Made by a program: the position numbers and the translations under genes. Positions 25,198 to 35,202 of a DNA stretch of 61,959 nt are shown one piece after another (the first letter of the stretch is position 1; each line of letters begins with the position of its first letter). This stretch comes from Chthoniobacteraceae bacterium (GTDB lineage Bacteria > Verrucomicrobiota > Verrucomicrobiia > Chthoniobacterales > Chthoniobacteraceae), in NCBI GenBank assembly GCA_040081625.1, contig JBEBGD010000022.1:1-61959 (forward strand), in the 5' to 3' direction. The notes beneath the pieces were generated by a model. That model had not been told where the DNA came from, did no database searches, and saw only the letters and a list, made by a program, of their open reading frames with translations.

Positions 25198-27669
25198 TCA
25201 GTAAATCAGCGTGAGGGTGAAGAACGCATTGTAGAGGTAGCGATCGACTTTGCCTTCTTCCTCCTGCGCGCCGTAGCCCGGCACGTGTTCGGTGCTGCGG
25301 CGGTAGATGTCGCGGTAGCCGGCGCCGGGGAAGAGCGCGCCGAAGCCCGCCGAGACGATCACCTGCTCGGTCAGGAACGGGCGGTATTTGAGGCCGAGGC
25401 TCAGGTCGAGGCCGAGTTCGGTGCGCACCTTGTTGGTCTGGAGCGCGAGGCGGAGCGGGTCGGTGTCATTGAACCAGATGTAGTTCGCGTTGAAAAAGGT
25501 TCGCAGCTTCGGCGTCACGTCCAAATCCGTGCCGAAGCCGAGGATGGTGACGCCGGGGTTCACGAAGTTCGACTGCCCCTCGGTCTTGCTCGTGCGCAGG
25601 TTCGGCACGAGCGAGTCGCGCTGCTTGAGGTTCACGCCGGTGCCCGCGAGGTTGAAGCCCTGGTGGACATACCAGCTAAACGGTCCGCCGATGAAGAACG
25701 GGTTGTCGAGAATCGTGTCGAAGCCGGTCGCGGTGCGATCGAGCGGCTTCGAGTCGCCGCTGGCGTAGAAGCCGGAGAGTTTCACGCGGACCCAGTCGCG
25801 ATCGTAGCTCAGCTCGGCCGCGCCCATCGCGGCGCTGATGTCCACCTTGCGCCCGGCCAGGCCGTTGAACTCGTCTTCACCGAAGACGTAGTAAAACGAG
25901 TGCGTCAGATTCAACCGGCCAATGTGCCCGTCGCCATTCCAGCCGAGGTAATAGGCCTTCACCTTCTTGCTGCGAAGGGTGCCGTCGAACCCGTTGAACG
26001 AGTCCTCTTCGTCAGGCACGCTCCCGAGCTGGATGGGACGCGTCGCGAAGCCGTCCTTCTGATAGTGCGTGCCACCATCGTCGTAGTTCGCGAGGAAGGA
26101 GAGCTGCGCGGTGTAGCCTTTGAACAGGAAGTCCTGCCGGAACACGTTCGTGATGAACACCTGCTGGTGCCGCGAATCGAACATGTTCAGGTCCGAGTAG
26201 GTGTCCTTCTCGCGCATGTTAAAATACGCGACGTTGTATTGGATGCGGTTGTTGTCCCAGTTGCCAAAGACGCGCGCACCGAGATTCGTGTCGGCAAAGA
26301 CAAAGCCGCGGAAGTCCGACACGAAGGGCTGGATGCCCCAGCGCGACGAGATGAAATCGTAGTTGTCCGTGAGGTCGCTGATATGAAACTCCGCGAACGC
26401 CTCCTGGAGCGCGAAGAAGTCGCGATGCCGCGTCGTGTAGCGCGAACCGTTGAAGTCCTTGGTATTTCGCGTCGGCTTCCCGTCCTTGCCGTCCTTGGGG
26501 TAGTTGTTCTCGTCCACTTCGACCAACCTGGCCGCATCCCCGGTCGGATTGAGCTGATCGTGGATGTAGTTGAACGCATCCGCCGGACTCACGTTCGAGG
26601 CGAAAGACGCGATGGTCGTGTCCGGCCCGTAGTCGTTCCCGTTGCCGGGAAAAGCCTCGATCTTCCCTGTGTCCGGCTGCCCGTCGTTGTCGTCGAAATT
26701 CGTCCCGCGCGGATCGGGATTCGTGCCCGCCGCCGTCTCCTTCACACGGATCCAGTTGTTATTATACACGCCCAGCACGCGCACCATCCAGTGCACCGGC
26801 TTGAACGCAGTCTCGCCCTGGAACAAATCGATCGCGATCGACAAGTCAGTGGACGCGAGGATGGACTCGCTTCGTCCGAAGAACTCGGAACTCTGCGCCT
26901 GCGCAGAACTCACCCCGCTCGGCGTCGGCAGCTTACGCTTTTCAAAAAGCGAGAAGCTCTTGGCCGTGATGTTCATGAAAATATCCTGCGTGCCGAAGAC
27001 GGGCACGTCGCCCTTCAGGCGACTTTGCCGGTAGGGATGCCACCAGTGCGGGGTGTCATACTGGTAGGGCGTCTCATTCGCCGGGTCCATGTAGCGCTGC
27101 CAGTGCGGCACCGTGATGTTCCACCGGTTCGGCATCGACTCACTGTTGCGGAAGCGCGAGTAGCCGGCCGCGTGATCGTAGTATTCGGGGATGTGAAACG
27201 TGCGGCGCACCGGCGTCATGCCTTCGACATCTCGCCGCGGCATCATCAGCGAATCCGGCAGGAAAGGCTCCGCCTCTCCCTGCGGATATTGCGACTCGGG
27301 AAACAGGCTGCCGTAAGCGCCAGCCGTCGTCGGCGAGAGCGCATCGGGCGCGCCGGGCATCGTCCAGTCCGACTTCGGATCAGGCGTCACTCCACCCGGA
27401 TCCGGGTTGAATCCGGGTGCGTCGCCCGCCTTCTTCGGAGCCTTGGGCGGCGACTTCTGCACGGTCTTCTCCCCGCCGTCATTGAACTTGTTTGGCTCCA
27501 CCCCGTGCTCATGCACCGAGCCGAAAAGCGGGCGCAGCCGCGGCCGTTCATTTGCGAACTTCGCCTTCGTCTTCTCCGCCGCGCCCGCATCGCCAAACAT
27601 CCCGCAGGCAAGCAGGCACGCTACAGCGCGGCGCAAAGTTCTGTGCGTGGATGAAGCGGAGACTCCCAT
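25198..27669 (-). CDS. Putative outer-membrane beta-barrel protein with a long N-terminal extension (start 27669 or 27735)
   Basis: Signal-like AVACLLACGMFGDAGA. Aromatic amphipathic strands (QEAFAEFH, YLGWNGDGH, AAELSYD). Ends in the aromatic strand FFTLTLIY. Its stop is 4 bp upstream of the cytochrome start. Confidence 0.8.
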   Translation of the reverse strand: MGVSASSTHRTLRRAVACLLACGMFGDAGAAEKTKAKFANERPRLRPLFGSVHEHGVEPNKFNDGGEKTVQKSPPKAPKKAGDAPGFNPDPGGVTPDPKSDWTMPGAPDALSPTTAGAYGSLFPESQYPQGEAEPFLPDSLMMPRRDVEGMTPVRRTFHIPEYYDHAAGYSRFRNSESMPNRWNITVPHWQRYMDPANETPYQYDTPHWWHPYRQSRLKGDVPVFGTQDIFMNITAKSFSLFEKRKLPTPSGVSSAQAQSSEFFGRSESILASTDLSIAIDLFQGETAFKPVHWMVRVLGVYNNNWIRVKETAAGTNPDPRGTNFDDNDGQPDTGKIEAFPGNGNDYGPDTTIASFASNVSPADAFNYIHDQLNPTGDAARLVEVDENNYPKDGKDGKPTRNTKDFNGSRYTTRHRDFFALQEAFAEFHISDLTDNYDFISSRWGIQPFVSDFRGFVFADTNLGARVFGNWDNNRIQYNVAYFNMREKDTYSDLNMFDSRHQQVFITNVFRQDFLFKGYTAQLSFLANYDDGGTHYQKDGFATRPIQLGSVPDEEDSFNGFDGTLRSKKVKAYYLGWNGDGHIGRLNLTHSFYYVFGEDEFNGLAGRKVDISAAMGAAELSYDRDWVRVKLSGFYASGDSKPLDRTATGFDTILDNPFFIGGPFSWYVHQGFNLAGTGVNLKQRDSLVPNLRTSKTEGQSNFVNPGVTILGFGTDLDVTPKLRTFFNANYIWFNDTDPLRLALQTNKVRTELGLDLSLGLKYRPFLTEQVIVSAGFGALFPGAGYRDIYRRSTEHVPGYGAQEEEGKVDRYLYNAFFTLTLIY

Positions 27670-27797
27670 TGGTTGGCAGCGCTCCTTTAGAGAAACTTCG
27701 GCGCGGGCCGCAACGCAAAAATCACTCGGATGCAATTTTTTTTGTTGCCCACGTGCCGCGCGTCTGGTTCACGGTGCCCGCCGTGCAGACTTTGATC

Positions 27798-29675
27798 ATG
27801 CGTCCCGCCACCATCCTCGCCGCAATTCTTGCAGCGCTCGCACCCGTCGCTTCCGCCGGGCCCCAGCAGCTCACGCAGGAGGAGGTCGCGCAAGTCGTCG
27901 AGCAGGGTTGCGTCGTCGCGTCGCGCATCAATCGCAGCGCGATCATCTGCGTGACCGATCGCGAGGGCTTCATCCTCGCGCTCTGGGATGTGAAGAAGCG
28001 GCTCCCGAATCCCCTTCCGCCGTTCACGCTCACGCCCGCTTCCATCAAGCTCTACGGCCTCGTCGCCGCCGCCGTCACCAAGGCCAGCACGGCCGCATTC
28101 TTGAGCAGCGATCAGGAAGCCTTCACCTCGCGCACCGCAGGCTACATCATCCAGCAGCACTTCCCCGTCGGAGTCCGCAACACTCCGAACGGCCCGCTCG
28201 TCGGCGTCGGCTTCTCGAGCCTCTTCTTCACCGACGTCAATCGCGCCAAGCTCGTCCCGCAAAGCTTCGTCGGCGACGAGTCCATCCGCCAGATGCTCGA
28301 CCGGGGAAAACTTCTCTTTGTCGGCCGCGCGCCGGGCTTCGGCGCCACCACCGGCACGGCGTCGGCGAGCTACGGCGATCTCTCCCCCGGCGTGCGCGCA
28401 CCTCTCTTCCCCCTCACCTCGCTCAACGACTCGCCCGGCGGCGTCCCATTGTATAAAGCGGGCCACCTCGTCGGCGGCGTCGGCGTCACCGGCGATGGCG
28501 ACCCGACCGACCTCACCCCCGCCGCCGCGCTGCTGCTCGGCCAGATTCAAAAATCCGCGACCCCCGGATTCAAGGTCGGCTCCGACGCCGATGAATACGT
28601 CGCCCTCGGCGCGCAAACCGACTTCCGCCCGCCGCGCGCGATCGTCGCCACCAACGTCCTCATCAACGGCATCCGCATCCCCTACGTCTTCCCGCGGCTC
28701 GAGGACATCGACGACGTCGATGACGTGCCGCCCATCGGCACCATCGGCCGCGCGATCGATGTGCCGTTGAGCTTTGCACCCTTCACCGCGCTCGGCGTAG
28801 GCCCGCTCGTGCCAAACCAGGCGGTCTCCGTGCCGCCGGCCACCGACGCGATCGTTTTCGGCTTCCCGAAAGCCGCGCCCGCACCCTACCCCTACGAGAT
28901 CGCCCGCCTCGGAGGCTTCGAGGGCGACATCCGCTTCCCCTTCCGCGACGACCCGCTGCTCCACGACGCCGATATCACCAACGACAGAATCCACGGCAAC
29001 GCGCGCAGACTCCAACGGCACGAAGTCAAAGACATCATCGAGCTGGCCTCCCGGCGCGCCCGCATCACCCGCGCCGGCATCCGGCTGCCCATCGGCAGCT
29101 CCGCCCACGTCTTCATCACCGTGGTGAACAACCCGGACAAGCCCGGCGAGTTCCCGCAGATCCTCGGTGTCTTCGGCACCCACGACGCGACGATCTTCTC
29201 GTGGGATGTCGCCGTTCAAAAAGCGCGCACCGCCGTCTTCTTCTCGAACACCCAACTCGCCATGAGCAGCCGCTCCGTCGGCTTCCTCGCGCAGCGCTTC
29301 TTCCCGCCCGGCATCGACGGCACCGCGCATGGCCCGTATTTCGGATTCCAGGAAGCCGTCACACTCAAGTTCCGCCGCCCGCTCGACGTCTTCCGCGCGC
29401 CCGCTGACCTGCTCGCCGGCAAGAGCTTCCTCTTCCCCGGCAACCCGAACCTCCCCAACGGCATCACCATCTTCCCCGGCGGCTTTCCGCTCTACCGCGA
29501 CGGCTACCTCGTCGGTGCCATCGGCATTTCCGGCGACGGCGTCGATCAGGACGACATCATCGGCATCTCCGGCACCGAAGACTTCCGCCCCGCTCCCTCG
29601 ATCCGCGCCGACCAATACACCTACCGCGGCGCGCGGCTCCCCTACGTGAAGTTCCCGCGCGACCCGGTGCGCTGA
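27798..29675 (+). CDS. Exported protein with two GlcG/HbpS-like (heme-binding family) domains
   Basis: Signal peptide. Domain 1: VTDREG..AVTKASTA..PGGVPLYKAGHLVGGVGVTG. Domain 2: AVQKARTA..PGGFPLYRDGYLVGAIGISGDGVDQD. Confidence 0.85.
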   Translation: MRPATILAAILAALAPVASAGPQQLTQEEVAQVVEQGCVVASRINRSAIICVTDREGFILALWDVKKRLPNPLPPFTLTPASIKLYGLVAAAVTKASTAAFLSSDQEAFTSRTAGYIIQQHFPVGVRNTPNGPLVGVGFSSLFFTDVNRAKLVPQSFVGDESIRQMLDRGKLLFVGRAPGFGATTGTASASYGDLSPGVRAPLFPLTSLNDSPGGVPLYKAGHLVGGVGVTGDGDPTDLTPAAALLLGQIQKSATPGFKVGSDADEYVALGAQTDFRPPRAIVATNVLINGIRIPYVFPRLEDIDDVDDVPPIGTIGRAIDVPLSFAPFTALGVGPLVPNQAVSVPPATDAIVFGFPKAAPAPYPYEIARLGGFEGDIRFPFRDDPLLHDADITNDRIHGNARRLQRHEVKDIIELASRRARITRAGIRLPIGSSAHVFITVVNNPDKPGEFPQILGVFGTHDATIFSWDVAVQKARTAVFFSNTQLAMSSRSVGFLAQRFFPPGIDGTAHGPYFGFQEAVTLKFRRPLDVFRAPADLLAGKSFLFPGNPNLPNGITIFPGGFPLYRDGYLVGAIGISGDGVDQDDIIGISGTEDFRPAPSIRADQYTYRGARLPYVKFPRDPVR

Positions 29676-29778
29676 GCGCATCTGGTCAGCCGCTGACGCG
29701 CAGGAGCGGCGGAGAATTGTGGCCACGTGTAACGCCCGTCGCGACACCGGCGTCTCAGCCCGCACTCACCGCAACACC

Positions 29779-30384
29779 ATGCCCAAGACACTCACCCTCC
29801 TCGCACTCGCCTGCTCCGTATTCGCCGCCACCGCCCAGGAGCGCATCGAAGACGAGCAACTGGCCAAAGCGGCCACACGCCTCGCCGAGCGCGCCGCGGA
29901 TCAGGAAAACCTCCCACTCAAGATCGACCTCGACGTCGCGAATGCCGCAGGAATGAAGGTCAAGGAATACGGCGCGATCCTGATCCCCGCGAAAGGCCTC
30001 TCCAAGGAGTCACTCGCCAAGGGCGGCGACGCCATCGTGCCGCTCGGCCACCTGTGGATGCTCAAGCTTGCGCCCGTCGCCGATCGCAAGACCGTCGCGC
30101 CCGAGAAGCTGCGCATCGTTACCGTGAGTGGCGACGACAAACAGCACACGCTACTCCTGCTCTGCCTCGGCTTTCGCACCACTGCTGCCGGCGACGCCGA
30201 GTTGGTGATCTTCGGCAAGGACAAGGACCCCATCGTAACGCTGAGCGCGAGCAAGACCGACAACACCCAGGACGAGCCGCTCGATCTCAACATGCGCCAG
30301 GGCGTCGGCACGCTCGGCGACATCGAGATCAACGTCCTCGGCCAATTCCGCGCCGAGCTCCCGGTGAACGAGTTTTCCCCGTAG
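29779..30384 (+). CDS. Exported hypothetical protein
   Basis: ATG at 29779, signal peptide MPKTLTLLALACSVFAATA, host-like codon usage. Confidence 0.75.
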   Translation: MPKTLTLLALACSVFAATAQERIEDEQLAKAATRLAERAADQENLPLKIDLDVANAAGMKVKEYGAILIPAKGLSKESLAKGGDAIVPLGHLWMLKLAPVADRKTVAPEKLRIVTVSGDDKQHTLLLLCLGFRTTAAGDAELVIFGKDKDPIVTLSASKTDNTQDEPLDLNMRQGVGTLGDIEINVLGQFRAELPVNEFSP

Positions 30385-30408
30385 GCCCAGAAACGCCGCG
30401 ACACGCGA

Positions 30409-32559
30409 TCACATCCGATAGCGCTTTTGCAGGAGCTGCCCGAGCCGGCGCAGCCAGCGCGGGAGCAACGGCTCGGATTCAAGGTTGAAACGGACATGGC
30501 CGGAACTCCCATCGAAGAGCGGCACCATCGCGGCGGGCAGCGTCGTGACGACTTTGAAATACGGCTCGACGGTTTTGTTGCCGCGCTCGTCGCCGGCCTC
30601 GACGGGCACATCGCCGCCCCCGCGCCAGCCGAGCGCCGGCGAAGGGAGCATCCGCTGCTCGCCGGGAATTACGCGCCAGTCTTTCACGAAGAGCACCGTG
30701 CCGACGTTTTGCTTGAGGCGCACCTCCGCGCCGGGCTCGTGCTTCGCGAAAAGCGCGTCGGCATCCTCCTGCAAGACCGTCGCGACAAACTCGAAGGCGG
30801 TCGGATTCACGAGCAGACCCAGATTCGCGCCACGCGTCAGCCAGCGCCCGAGGTAGTCCTCGATCCCGGGCGCAATCCACACGCCCTCGTGCCGGGCGCG
30901 GACCGTCAGATTCTCCACATCCACGCGTAGCTTCGCGAGCCGGTCGTCGATCGCCGCCTTCGATTCCATCAGCGGCTTGAGGTCGGCGGTGTCGTCCTTC
31001 ATCGCCTTGCGAAGACGCGCGTCGATCTCATCGCCACGCGCGCGCGTCTGCGCGACCTCGAGCTGCAACTCCGCATTCACGAGCCTCAGCAGCGGCTGGC
31101 CTTTCGCGACCTGGCCGCCGGGCGCGACGAGCAACTCGGCGACGGCGCCGGCGGTATCGGTCACGAGCTCAGTGCGCTCCGCCGCGCGCACGACACCCGA
31201 TGCGCGGAAGTGACTCGGGAACGGAATCACCTGCAGCAGCAGCAGCAGCAGCGCGATGCACCCGACCGACACCGCGACGGCGCGCGAACGCACACGTTCG
31301 AGCCGGGGGCTCGCCCCGAGATATTTCACCAGCTTGATCACCGGGACGGTCACCCACGAAATCGCGCACACGACGGCCATCACGATGCCGATGAGGAGAA
31401 AGCGGTCTGCAACAGCGAGCAGGATTCCGGCGAAGACGATCACGCGATAAATTCCAGCGCCGATGCCGAAGCTCGCGAAGCCCCACTGCCCGGCCCGCGT
31501 CTCCGACGGGCTGCGCGACTGCTTCACCCCGAAGAGCCAGCGCTCGCACAAATGCTTGAGCTGGCTGGTCGAGCGCTGGTGCAGATTCGGCACCTGGAGC
31601 AGATCGCTGAGGATGTAGTAACCGTCGAAGCGCAGCAGCGGATTGAGGTTGAAGATGAGCGTCGAGACCGACGCGACGAACATGATGTTGTGCGCGACCG
31701 AGTGCAGCGCGCCCGGGCCCGTGGCCGCCCACACGAGCGCCGCGATGGCGGCGACGAAGATCTCGACGATCATCCCCGCCGAGCCCACGAGCGCGCGCCG
31801 CGCATGGCTGCGAAAGCCCCAGCTCGCGGTCGCGTCCACATACGGCACCGGCGTGAAGATCATCAGCATCACACCCATCACGTGAACTTCGCCGCCCCAC
31901 TTCCGGCAGAAATACGCGTGCCCGAACTCATGCAGCGTCTTCACGAAAACCAGCGCGAGGTAAAGCAGCGGGAGATTCGACGGCGAGAGCACCGCTTCGG
32001 TCTGATCCCAAAGCGCGGGCCAGTTTTCCACGACCTTCTTCAGCCCGAAGCCGACGACTATCAACCACAGCAGCGCGCCCGCGGGGCCGATGAGCTTCCC
32101 GACCACCGGCAGCGTCCGGACGAGAAAACGATCCGGGTCGATCAGCGGAAAGCGCATGAACATGATGTTCAACCACTGCGAACCGAGTTCGCGCTGGCGG
32201 CGTTTCTTGAAGCGCTCGAAAAGCTGCGCCGCGTCGGCGGCGGTGTCGTATTGGAGGAGGTTCGAAAAGTAGAGCTGCGAGAGGAGCTGGATCACCGCTT
32301 CCTGCCCCGGCGCATTGTCGGGGAAGCGATCCAGGCACTCGCGCCAGACTTCATCGACGGTGCGATCGGGGCTCAGGCGCGCGACAAACTCGAACGCCTC
32401 GGGCCGCAGCCGGAAGAACTGGTTGCTGAACGGATTCTCGAGCACGATCCAGCGCTCGCCGCGGTAGTTCTGCCGGCGCGTGATGATGCCGGGGCGCAAC
32501 GCGATGCGCTGACCGGACACGCGATACCACGACTCGCTGAATGTGGCGGTCGGATTCAT
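30409..32559 (-). CDS. Site-2 (M50) zinc metalloprotease fused to an N-terminal PqqD-like domain and a C-terminal HlyD-type adaptor domain
   Basis: LHEFGHA (HExxH), YVDATASW, NLNPLLRFDGYY, several TM helices, and a lipoyl/coiled-coil region (VAPGGQVAKGQPL). Confidence 0.85.
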   Translation of the reverse strand: MNPTATFSESWYRVSGQRIALRPGIITRRQNYRGERWIVLENPFSNQFFRLRPEAFEFVARLSPDRTVDEVWRECLDRFPDNAPGQEAVIQLLSQLYFSNLLQYDTAADAAQLFERFKKRRQRELGSQWLNIMFMRFPLIDPDRFLVRTLPVVGKLIGPAGALLWLIVVGFGLKKVVENWPALWDQTEAVLSPSNLPLLYLALVFVKTLHEFGHAYFCRKWGGEVHVMGVMLMIFTPVPYVDATASWGFRSHARRALVGSAGMIVEIFVAAIAALVWAATGPGALHSVAHNIMFVASVSTLIFNLNPLLRFDGYYILSDLLQVPNLHQRSTSQLKHLCERWLFGVKQSRSPSETRAGQWGFASFGIGAGIYRVIVFAGILLAVADRFLLIGIVMAVVCAISWVTVPVIKLVKYLGASPRLERVRSRAVAVSVGCIALLLLLLQVIPFPSHFRASGVVRAAERTELVTDTAGAVAELLVAPGGQVAKGQPLLRLVNAELQLEVAQTRARGDEIDARLRKAMKDDTADLKPLMESKAAIDDRLAKLRVDVENLTVRARHEGVWIAPGIEDYLGRWLTRGANLGLLVNPTAFEFVATVLQEDADALFAKHEPGAEVRLKQNVGTVLFVKDWRVIPGEQRMLPSPALGWRGGGDVPVEAGDERGNKTVEPYFKVVTTLPAAMVPLFDGSSGHVRFNLESEPLLPRWLRRLGQLLQKRYRM

Positions 32560-32563
32560 ACCC

Positions 32564-34420
32564 TCACCACCACAGCTTCATCCGCAAGAAGTCCATCGTC
32601 CGGTGCGTGAAGATCCACCACAGCGTCCGGTTCTCGACAGTGATCTTCGCCACACCCGTCATGCCGGGCCGCCACCACGTCTGCGGCGCGGAGTCGGGCT
32701 TGAGCCGCACGAGAAAGACATTCGCTTCCTTCTTCGCCAGCGCCGCCGGCTCCACGGCGAGGACCGTGGCGGAATACTTTTGCTTCGGCTGCGAGACGAA
32801 GGCGAACTGCGCCGTCTTGCTGCGCAGGATGTCCTCGATCTCGCGCTCATCGACTTCCGCCTCCACGTAGAGGCCGTCGAGCCGCGCGATCTTGTATAAG
32901 GGCTCGCCGACCTTCACCGGCGCGCCGATCCGCTCGCGGAGGTCGCCCTCGACGACGACGCCCTCGAACGGCGCGCGCATGACGGCGGCCTCGATCCTGT
33001 GGTTCACGAGATCGAGCCGCGCGTGTGACTGCAGCGAGAGCGCCTCGGCGATTCGCATCTCGGCGAGCTGCTTTCCGGCGCGCGACTTCTCGGTCTCGCG
33101 CTCGTAGCGGGCGATCTCGGCAGAGGCGGATGCCTGTTCGAGCAGCAACTCGGCGCGATTGAGCGCGACGATCTCGCCTCCCTTCGCCACGAGGTCGCCG
33201 GTGCGCACGGCGACCTTGTCGATGTAGCCATCGAAAGGCGCCGTGAGATACGACACCGCCTCGGCGCGAACGATGAAATTTCCCTCCGCCCGATACGGCC
33301 AGCGCACGAGGAAGAGCGCCGCGAGCGCGAGCACGCCGAGGATCGCGAAGACCTTCGGCCAGGTCTTCTCCGGCCCGAGCGACCGGGCGAACAGCTCGCG
33401 CGCATCCGCGCTCAGTCGCGCGCCGAACCAACGGTCGAGCCGCTTCAGCTCCGCAAGCCGGGGCGTAAGCTGATCGCACAACAGGCGGAGTTGCTGCATC
33501 TCCGTCGCGGAAAATGCCGGCGACTGCCGCTCGCATACGAGCAGGGCGACTGGCTTCCCGTCGAAGCGCAGCGGCACGGAGCACAGGTGCCCGACGCTCT
33601 GCTCGCGGGCGAATTTCTCGTGGTCGCGCGCGACCGCCGTGGCTCCGCCCGGGAGCGGCCACACGATCTCCTCGTCCTGGTCGGCGCACTCCTCCATCAC
33701 CATCTCGAGCGATTGCGCAGCGGCCATCTGGCGGTCGAACTTCTCGGTGCGGCTGATCGTCTTGAGCCGCACGTAGCCGCCCTCGATCCAGCCGAGGCTC
33801 ACTCGGTCGCACCCGAAACGCGTCGCGACGCCGTTGCACAGCGCGAGCAGTGCGGCGAGGAATCGGCGCTCGGCATTCACCGGCACCATGAGGTCGAGCA
33901 CGGCGGCGAATTTCTCGACATCCGCCGTCGCCTGCCGGCTCGCGAGGTGCGCCTGGTAGAGTGCCGGCGTGTCCGCTGCCAGCGCGAGCCGCGCGAGAGC
34001 TTCGCGTGCGGCGGCATCGGTGAAATCGACGACCATCGCGACGAGCATCACTTCGTCCTCCGACCGCGCGAGCTTCAGCCGCAGGCCGAGCAGGAAGGCG
34101 CCTGTCGATTCATCGTCGTCCTCGATGAAGCTCCCCTCGCCCAGCGCGCGCTCGGCGGCCTGGTCGAGGAAGTCGTGAAAGCTTTTGCGCAGCCGCGCCT
34201 GCCCCGGGCCGGCGCTCCATTCGCCGAGCTTCTGCCACCGCGGCGTCTGCCCGGGCCGCCCCAGCACCAGCGCCGAGACGTCCGCCTGCGCGAGCTGCGA
34301 GCACGCGGCGAGGAAGCGCGGCCAGAACTCCTTCGCGACGCCGGGGAAGCAGCGCAGCTCGATCAGCTCCGAGGTTGCGCGCTCAAACTGTTCATCCATG
34401 CCGCTCAGGTTGGTTTCCAT
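32564..34420 (-). CDS. GAF-like domain + HlyD-family periplasmic adaptor
   Basis: GAF-like CDRVSLGW..LCSVPL. TM. APFDGYI..VRTGDLVAKG, RAPFEGVV, WRPGMTGVAKI. Confidence 0.85.
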   Translation of the reverse strand: METNLSGMDEQFERATSELIELRCFPGVAKEFWPRFLAACSQLAQADVSALVLGRPGQTPRWQKLGEWSAGPGQARLRKSFHDFLDQAAERALGEGSFIEDDDESTGAFLLGLRLKLARSEDEVMLVAMVVDFTDAAAREALARLALAADTPALYQAHLASRQATADVEKFAAVLDLMVPVNAERRFLAALLALCNGVATRFGCDRVSLGWIEGGYVRLKTISRTEKFDRQMAAAQSLEMVMEECADQDEEIVWPLPGGATAVARDHEKFAREQSVGHLCSVPLRFDGKPVALLVCERQSPAFSATEMQQLRLLCDQLTPRLAELKRLDRWFGARLSADARELFARSLGPEKTWPKVFAILGVLALAALFLVRWPYRAEGNFIVRAEAVSYLTAPFDGYIDKVAVRTGDLVAKGGEIVALNRAELLLEQASASAEIARYERETEKSRAGKQLAEMRIAEALSLQSHARLDLVNHRIEAAVMRAPFEGVVVEGDLRERIGAPVKVGEPLYKIARLDGLYVEAEVDEREIEDILRSKTAQFAFVSQPKQKYSATVLAVEPAALAKKEANVFLVRLKPDSAPQTWWRPGMTGVAKITVENRTLWWIFTHRTMDFLRMKLWW

Positions 34421-34423
34421 GGA

Positions 34424-35146
34424 TCAATCGAGGATCATCTTTGCCGCGAGGCCCGGGCGCACACGCCCGTCGGCGTTCTCGAAGATCGCCTTCACCCGCG
34501 CGAGCCCGCTGGCCGAATCGACCACCGGCGCGATGAAGGAGATCGTCGCTTCGACCGGCGTCCGCACGCCCGCGATCCCGATCTTCACGACCTGCCCGGC
34601 CTTCAACTCCGCCGCCGCCGTGCCCTCGATGTGCCCGACGAAAACCACGCGCGTCGTATCCACCAAGCGCACGAGCGGCTGATACGGCTCACAGCTCGCG
34701 CCCGGCTGGAGCAGGATCTCGACGATGCTCCCGGAGAAGGGTGCGAAGATTTTGCGCCGGCGCAGTTGCTCCTCCGCGATCCCGAGTTCGGCGGCCGACA
34801 CCTTGTATTCGGTCTCCTTCTTCCGCAGCTCGTCCTTGCTCACCGCATTAGACTTCTCAAAGAGCTGCTTGGTCCCCTCGTAGTCCATCATCGCGTGCTC
34901 CATGACCTGCTTGCGGCGCTGCGCCTCGAGTTCTTCGAGCCGCGTGTCGAGCTGGAGGATCACCTCGCCTTCCTTCACCTGCGCGCCCTCCTTGTAATGC
35001 TCGAGGTGAATCGTCCCCTGCACCGACGAGCTGAGCGTCACGTCCATGAAAGCCTCGGTGATGCCCGCCACCATTCGCGGCTCGGCCAGCGAAGTGAGGG
35101 AGACTCCAACCATTGCGACAATGCCGGCGAGGAAGCGACGAATCAT
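34424..35146 (-). CDS. RND/HlyD-type membrane fusion (periplasmic adaptor) protein
   Basis: Signal peptide. KEGAQVKEGEVILQLD, IFAPFSG, ISFIAPVVDSASG, NADGRVRPG. Confidence 0.88.
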   Translation of the reverse strand: MIRRFLAGIVAMVGVSLTSLAEPRMVAGITEAFMDVTLSSSVQGTIHLEHYKEGAQVKEGEVILQLDTRLEELEAQRRKQVMEHAMMDYEGTKQLFEKSNAVSKDELRKKETEYKVSAAELGIAEEQLRRRKIFAPFSGSIVEILLQPGASCEPYQPLVRLVDTTRVVFVGHIEGTAAAELKAGQVVKIGIAGVRTPVEATISFIAPVVDSASGLARVKAIFENADGRVRPGLAAKMILD

Positions 35147-35202
35147 GCGGGCGGCACAGAAGCCGGACCGGGCCGCAGGTCAAGGGCGCGCGCGCAGTGC
35201 GT

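Noticed and set aside
24544..27654. 1036-aa plus-strand ORF and other long antisense or alternate-frame ORFs (e.g. 5072-7483, 21942-24089, 50538-53582)
   Set aside because: Shadow ORFs typical of high-GC DNA; they overlap motif-supported genes and have Arg/Ala-rich, motif-free translations.
30409..32559. RiPP biosynthetic cluster suggested by the PqqD-like/M50 fusion
   Set aside because: No precursor peptide or modifying enzyme (lanthipeptide, YcaO, SPASM radical SAM) is adjacent; the only radical SAM gene is bioB.
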